Of a stretch of DNA of 64,000 bases, positions 55,665 through 64,000 are shown piece by piece; the first letter of the stretch is position 1, and the number at the start of each line of letters is the position of its first letter. The notes under the pieces are model-generated. The model did not search any database. It was not told the origin of the DNA and saw only the letters and a program-made list of their open reading frames with translations. The DNA lies in the NCBI RefSeq assembly GCF_009914755.1, contig NC_060931.1; one strand, given 5' to 3'. The position numbers were made by a program, and so were the translations under genes. This DNA is from the human T2T-CHM13v2.0 reference genome, Homo sapiens.

Positions 55665-56006
55665 TAAAAAAAAAAATTTTTTTTTTAGAGTCAGGGGGCT
55701 CACTATGTTGCTCAGGCTGGTCTCGAACTCCTGGCTTCTAGCAATCTGCCCACCTCAGCCTCTCAAAGTGCTAGGATTCCAGGTGTAAGCCACCACATTC
55801 AGCTAAAGTGCACAAATCTTATGTGGACAGCTCGAGGAAGTCTTACACAGGCCTACGACTGCATGACCATCTCCCAGATCAAGAACTAGAACATTCCCAG
55901 CCCCAGGTGGCTTCCTTGTGTCCCATACCAGTCATCACCACCTCCAGGAATAACTTCTACCCCAATTTATTGCCATGGATTACTCCCACCTGCTTTTTTG
56001 AGATAG

Positions 56007-56105
<99 letters not shown>

Positions 56106-56499
56106 TGAGAAGCTGGGATGATAGGCCTGCACCACCACGCCCGGCTAATTTTTTATTTTTTTTAAGATGGGGTCTTGCTATGTTGCCCAAGCTGGTCTCA
56201 AACTCCTGGGCTCAAGCGATTCACCCCCCACAACTGGCCTCCCAAAGTGCTGGGATTACAGGTGTGAGCCACTGTGCCCACCCGGCCCTCCTGCCTGCTT
56301 TTGCTCTTTATATAAATGGAATCCTACAGTGTATATTTGCTTGTGCCTGGCTTCTTTGCCAATGTTACATGCAGGGGAGTCACCCATGTTGCTGAATAGC
56401 ATTCTACGGTGTGGGCGGAGGCCTCACAACCTGCCTCTTCACTAGCCTGTGGATGAACGTCTGTTGTTTCCTGTTTGGGTCTGTTATGAAGAAGGCTGA

Positions 56500-57624
<1,125 letters not shown>

Positions 57625-58688
57625 TGATGTGGACAACAGGGAACCGGCGGCTCACAGAAAGGTGGGGTGGGAGAGAACAGCTTAGAGGCAAATGTCTCCT
57701 ACTTTGAGGACTAAGTCCAGAGATGTAGCTTCAAGGTCCAGTTTCTCTGCTTGGGCCTGGGGAAAGCTTTTCACTTTTTGGGATTTTAGTATGAGCCTGG
57801 TGTCCCTCCAGGGTCCAGGTGGGCCCTTCCATTCACCCCAGCCTTAGACCCAAGGCAGATGAGTTGAGTACAACCAAGAACCACTGGCCACACCCTTCCC
57901 AGGCCCTGAGAGGTCACTTCCTGGACAGCCCAGGCTGGAACCGGCCCACAGTGGGAAGAGAAGGGGTCTCCCACTGGAGATAAGGCCTCCAGTCAATGTC
58001 TCTGACATTCATGGAGATCCCTCTGGGGCTCGGTGGCTGGTCAGAGGGGTCGAGGCAGGGCCCTGGGCAGTGGGTGGACAGGGTCCGTGATCAGAGGGAC
58101 CGTCACCCAGCCCGCCCTTGGACGTCAGCCCAGACCCAGGTTCCTCTCTTCCCAGAAGTTCATCCCCCTAAATGGACTTACGTGCTTAGCTCTCATTAAC
58201 CTTCTGAACCTTCCAGAAAGGGAGTGGAAATGTCCTGCCTCATCTCCTGCTGAGGAAGCCTGGGTAGGAGTGGAGGAAGATAAAGGGACCCCCCCAAGGG
58301 CTGCTGCTGGGGCCAGAGATGTGGGGGTCCCAGGCAAGGGTGTTGTCCTGAGCAGAGTCTCTGCACCGGCTGGGTCACCAAGGAGGCTCTGCAAGTTCAT
58401 CCAGCAGAGGTGGGAGAGCTGAACACCCCTGCCTCTCTCTTAGGGATCCTTGACTCCCTCTGCACCAGCCCAGCAGTCCCCCGCCAGCCGCCCCTCACTT
58501 CCCTCCTCCAGCAATTCTTTTTATTGTTTTTTTGAGACGGAGTCTTGCTCTGTCGTACAGTGGTGCGATCTCGGCTCACTGCAACCTCCGCCTCCCGAGT
58601 TCAAGCAATTGCCCTGCCTCAGGCTCCCGAATAGCTGGGATTACAGGCACTCACCACCACGCCCAGTTAATTTTTGTATATTTAGTAG

Positions 58689-58817
<129 letters not shown>

Positions 58818-59197
58818 TAACACTGCTACTGTGCATGAGGCTTGTGCTGGGCAGGGGCTCCCTGGGCTGGGCTGAAGTGACCTGGGTAGCTGGCATGGGT
58901 GGTCTGGGTCTCCAGGTCTGTGTTCTCATTTCTCATCTGTCTCCCTCCGTCCCTTCACCCCAGCAGAGACAGATTACAGCCTGCACCATGGGTGGCCAGG
59001 AGATAATCTTTCTTTTAATTTTGTATTTTATTTATTTATTTATTTTTTGAGACACAGTCTCGCTTTGTCACCCAGGCTGGAGTGCAGTGGCGCAATCTCA
59101 GCTCAGTGCAACCTCCAACACCTGGGTTCAAGAGATTCTCCTGTCTCAACCTCTTGAGTAGCTAGGATTACAGGCGTGTGCCACCATGCCCAGCTAA

Positions 59198-59753
<556 letters not shown>

Positions 59754-60619
59754 TGATTTGGAGGTTGACAAACCACTCGAGGTAGAAGAGACAGAAGTGG
59801 TGGAAGCATTTGAAGCTGAGCTTGGAGGACCAGAGGACTGGGGCTCCAGGAGAAGGGGTGGGAGGTGGGGGAAGGGTGGCAGGGAGCAGCTGGTGTGAGC
59901 CCTCATGCACCATCCTGGAGACCCAGGAGCTTTGGGCCTGACAGCACAGCTCAAACCCGTCCAGCAAGCAAGGGTTCCAGCTCCTGCAACACTGAATCCC
60001 CCAAATCCCTACAAGTCCCCAGGGGCATCTGGGGACAGTCTGCATTTCAGCCAGGACCTCACCTATGGGTCCTGGGAGCAAGGGGAAGCCATCCCCTTTG
60101 CCTGGAGTGTCCTGCTTGGGAAGGGCCCCCACAGCAGGGTGGCTGGGACCCCAGAGAGACCCCTCTCTCGAACCTTAGCCCTTGCCTTTTTGTGACCCTG
60201 CAATGGAAATATCCCCCAGGAAGGTTACTTTGATGGGGTCAGACCGGGTAGCCCCCGACCACTCGCTGCCCCAGACTCTTGGACAAGCTGATTCCCTCCC
60301 CAAGGCTTCACAGCCCCCCACTGCCCAAGTCTTCAGACCCCTCAGGTAAACCCTTATTTCCAAGAGCGCCCCGGCTCCCATGTCAAAGAGGGGGTGCAGA
60401 GACACACTGTGTGGGTGAGTGGAGGGCTGCCTGGTTTCCAACAGTGGTCCCCTTGGGGCACCTGTGCTCCTGCTGCAGTGGATGGCTGGGTGTCTGGAGG
60501 AAGGGCTGGGGTGTGGAGACAGCGGTGGGGCACAGCCAGCAGGGGTGGGGGTTCCAGGCTGACTCCCTCTGCATCTGCCGAGGGATGGGCTGCGAATGGT
60601 TTCTGTCCCCTGATATCCA

Positions 60620-60866
60620 CTTGTTCTTTTTCCTTTCTTTTCTCCCTCTCCTCCCCTCCCCTCCCCTTTCCTTCCCTTCCCTCCTTCCTTCCTTCCTCTC
60701 TCTCTCCTTCCTTCCCCTCCTTCCTTCCTTCCCCTCTCCTTCCTTCCTTCCTCTTTCCTTTCTTTCTTTCCTTCCTTCCTTCTCTTTCATCTCTCTCTCT
60801 CTCTCTCTCTCCCCCCCCACTTTCTTTCTCCCTCTCCCTCTCCTCTCTCTTTCTCTCTTTCTTTCT
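60620..60866. repeat. CT-rich tract (expanded Alu tail)
   Basis: ttcc/ctct repeats abutting an antisense Alu. Confidence 0.9.
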
Positions 60867-60913
60867 GACAAGGTCTCAGGGTCTTGCTCTGTGCCCGGGC
60901 TGGAGTGCAGTGA

Positions 60914-61024
<111 letters not shown>

Positions 61025-61895
61025 TAAAACTTTTTTAGAAATGGGGGTCTCCGTATGTTGCCCAGGCTGGTCTTGAACTTCTGGGCTCAAGCGATCCTCC
61101 CACCTAGGCCTCCCAAAGCTCTGGGATTACAGATGGGACCCATCGCACCCAGCCCCTGTTCTTTCCCTGCTCTTATTTCTGCTGCTTTTTGCCCTTTTCC
61201 CCACTGAGTCCAGCCGCGGAACTGACGCCAGCTCTCTGATTTTATCTTGTGTTTATTGGGAAATGGTGGTGCCCATCTCTGGGCCAGTCCAGACAGCTTC
61301 CCCCTAGGAAGTGAGCCAAGTTCCCACGGCGTGTCAGAGTTAAAAACAAGGACAAGAGACAGCGTGAGAGACATAAGAGAGGGGGCACAGAGAAAGACAG
61401 AAAAGCAGAGAGAGGGACACACAGGTCCCCTGCTTCCTCTTCTGTTTGTTCATTAATCAGGCTGATGTCAGGTGGCACAAGGGGCATTGGACATCATTTC
61501 ATGGCTCAAGATCATTGTCCCTAAGTCTGTTTTCCCAGGCTGTCCCCTTAAGAGCTGGGCTGCCGCGGCCACACCCTGCAGTCCATGTCACCCTCCAGCC
61601 ATTGCTCTCCTGTGGGTGTGCCCGGCAGAGCCTCCAGTTCTGTGCCTGCCCCCTGGAATGCCCCTAAAGCCCTCCCAGCCCCTTACCCAGCCTTCAAGGC
61701 CACACCTGTGCCCCTCCTTCATGCAGCCCCCAGATGGGATCAGGAGGCAGGGTGTGCCTCTCTGTCCCTTAGGGGCTCCCTGGTCATCTCTGTGCATGTC
61801 TAGATGCCACTGAGATGGACTGGCCTTGATGGCCGGGACTCTATGTCTTAGCATCCAGCATGGCTAGCTGAAGTCAGTGGCTGCAGAGTGTGGGA

Positions 61896-61945
61896 ATGAG
61901 TGAGTGAGTGAGTGAGTGAGTGAGTGAGTGAATGAATGAATGAAT
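61896..61945. repeat. (TGAG)n(TGAA)n microsatellite
   Basis: Read directly. Confidence 0.9.
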
Positions 61946-63636
61946 GGGGGAGAACTGAGTGACCCGAGGGAGGCCCAGACCTGGACAGGAGCTTCTGGTG
62001 CCTCTTGTCCCTCCTTTTTTTTTTTTTTTTTTTAAGATGGAGTCTGGCTCTGTTGCCCAAGCTGGAGTGCCGTGGCACAATCTCAGCTCACTGCAACTTC
62101 TGCCTCTCGGGTTCCAGTGATCCTCCTGCCTCAGCCTCCTAAATAGCTGCAACTACAGGCGTGCACCACCACAACCGGCTAATTTTTGTATTTTTAGTAG
62201 AGACAGGGTTTTGCCATGTTGACCAGGCTGGTCTTGAACTCCTGACCTCGTGATCCACCTGCCTCGGCCTCCCAAAGTGCTGGGATTACAGGCGTGAGCC
62301 ACCGCACCCAGACCCCTCTTGTCCATTCTTTTCATGGATGAGGAGGCTGAGGCCCAAGCTGGTCAGGGGGGTGCCAGGACTGGGGCTCCGACATTTTCTC
62401 TCCCAGGGGATTCTCAGGATCCCTCTATGGGAACATGATCAGTGGCTTTAAGGGGCCAGGGGCTTTCCCTCCAGCCAGCCCTGGACTCACAGGCCTCAGA
62501 GAACCTGGAGAAGCCAGCCTCGCATGGCTGGGATTTTCATCGGGAGAATCCCACTGGCCATGTACTGGGCTCTCTCCCAGTCCCTGAGATTGGGCTCTGG
62601 GCTCAGCGCTGAGCAGGACCCAAGGAAGTGGCTTAAGTCTTTGTGGCCAGGCGGTGTCTGCTGTAGAAAGCAGTGTGGCATGTGGCCAGGTGGTACTGTG
62701 GTCAGGGAGAGAGGTTGCCTGGGGCTGTCCAGGCTTCAGCCTGGGAAAGGGAGCACCCGGGGAACCAAGACAAGGTGCAGGGCTGGAGACAGCTTTGGGC
62801 TCGGCTGTCGGGGAAGCATATTGGCAGGAGGGGCCTCCTAGATGTCTGGTCAGAGATGGCCAGGGGGCCAAGGACATATGAGAGGCAGCTGAGGGTTGCC
62901 GGGCGAGCTGCCTCACGCCTGTAATCCCAGCAATTTGGGAGGCTGAGGCGGGCGGATCACCTGAGGTCGGGAGTTCGAGACCAGCCTGGCCAACATGGTG
63001 AAACCCCGTCTCTACCGAAATACAAAAATCAGCCGGGCATGGTGGCGGGTGCCTGTAATCCCAGCTATTCAGGAGGGTGAGGCACGAGAATCGCTTGAAC
63101 CCAGGAGGTGGAGGTTGCAATGAGTCAAGATCGCGCCACTGCACTCCAGCCTGGGTGACAGAGCCAGACTCTGTCTCAAAAACAAAAAAAAAAAAGAAAA
63201 AAGAGAGGCAGCTGAGGGGAGGGACAAGGGTCATTAGTCCACATGGGAGCTGGCTGAGGCTGATGCCCAGGGATAGGGGAGCTGAGTGGGTGCAGGCCCA
63301 GGAAGTGAGCAATTGCCAGTGACACCGGGTGGAGGGACAGGTGGAGGAGGAGTTGTGAGCTCAGCTGCACAGGACATTACTCCAAATGGGGCTGAGGAGA
63401 AGGGGGACCCCCATACTCCCCACCTCCCAATGCTGAGGCATGTGGGTAGGGGGCTACCCAGGAGGGCTTCAGGGAAAAAGTGTTCTGAAGGAAGAGGCAG
63501 GAGGGTGGTGAAGGGGACATTTGGGGGCCACCCCTTCTCCAGCTGGCAAAATTGTCCTGTCCCCGCTGGGTGCGGTGGCTCATGCCTGTAATCCCAGCAC
63601 CTGGGGAGGCTGAAGCGGGAGGATCACTTGAGGTCA

Positions 63637-63999
<363 letters not shown>

Positions 64000-64000
64000 C

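Overview
Human (primate) genomic DNA, GC-rich and very Alu-dense, recognisable as the 7q22.1 LRWD1-POLR2J-RASA4B segment. It holds the last four coding exons of LRWD1 (+) with intronic MIR4467, the complete 4-exon POLR2J/RPB11a gene (-, 117 aa), and a complete 21-exon RASA4-family gene (-, 803 aa; C2-C2-RasGAP-PH-BTK; RASA4B by position). All exon boundaries were read by hand as GT-AG, with phases summing to intact ORFs. The last ~16 kb is repeat-rich and has no supportable gene. The most notable unexplained structure is a degenerate duplicate of the RASA4B BTK-motif exon in intron 17: it has matching splice phases and one in-frame TGA, and sits beside a templated Alu insertion. Other observations are an overlapping bidirectional poly(A) signal shared by LRWD1 and POLR2J, an in-frame alternative donor in RASA4B exon 2, intronic minisatellites next to weak donors, TE-derived 3' ends, and a MER53 broken into five pieces by serial Alu insertion. 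No prokaryote-type novel system is present. Gene and repeat names come from recall, not from database searches.
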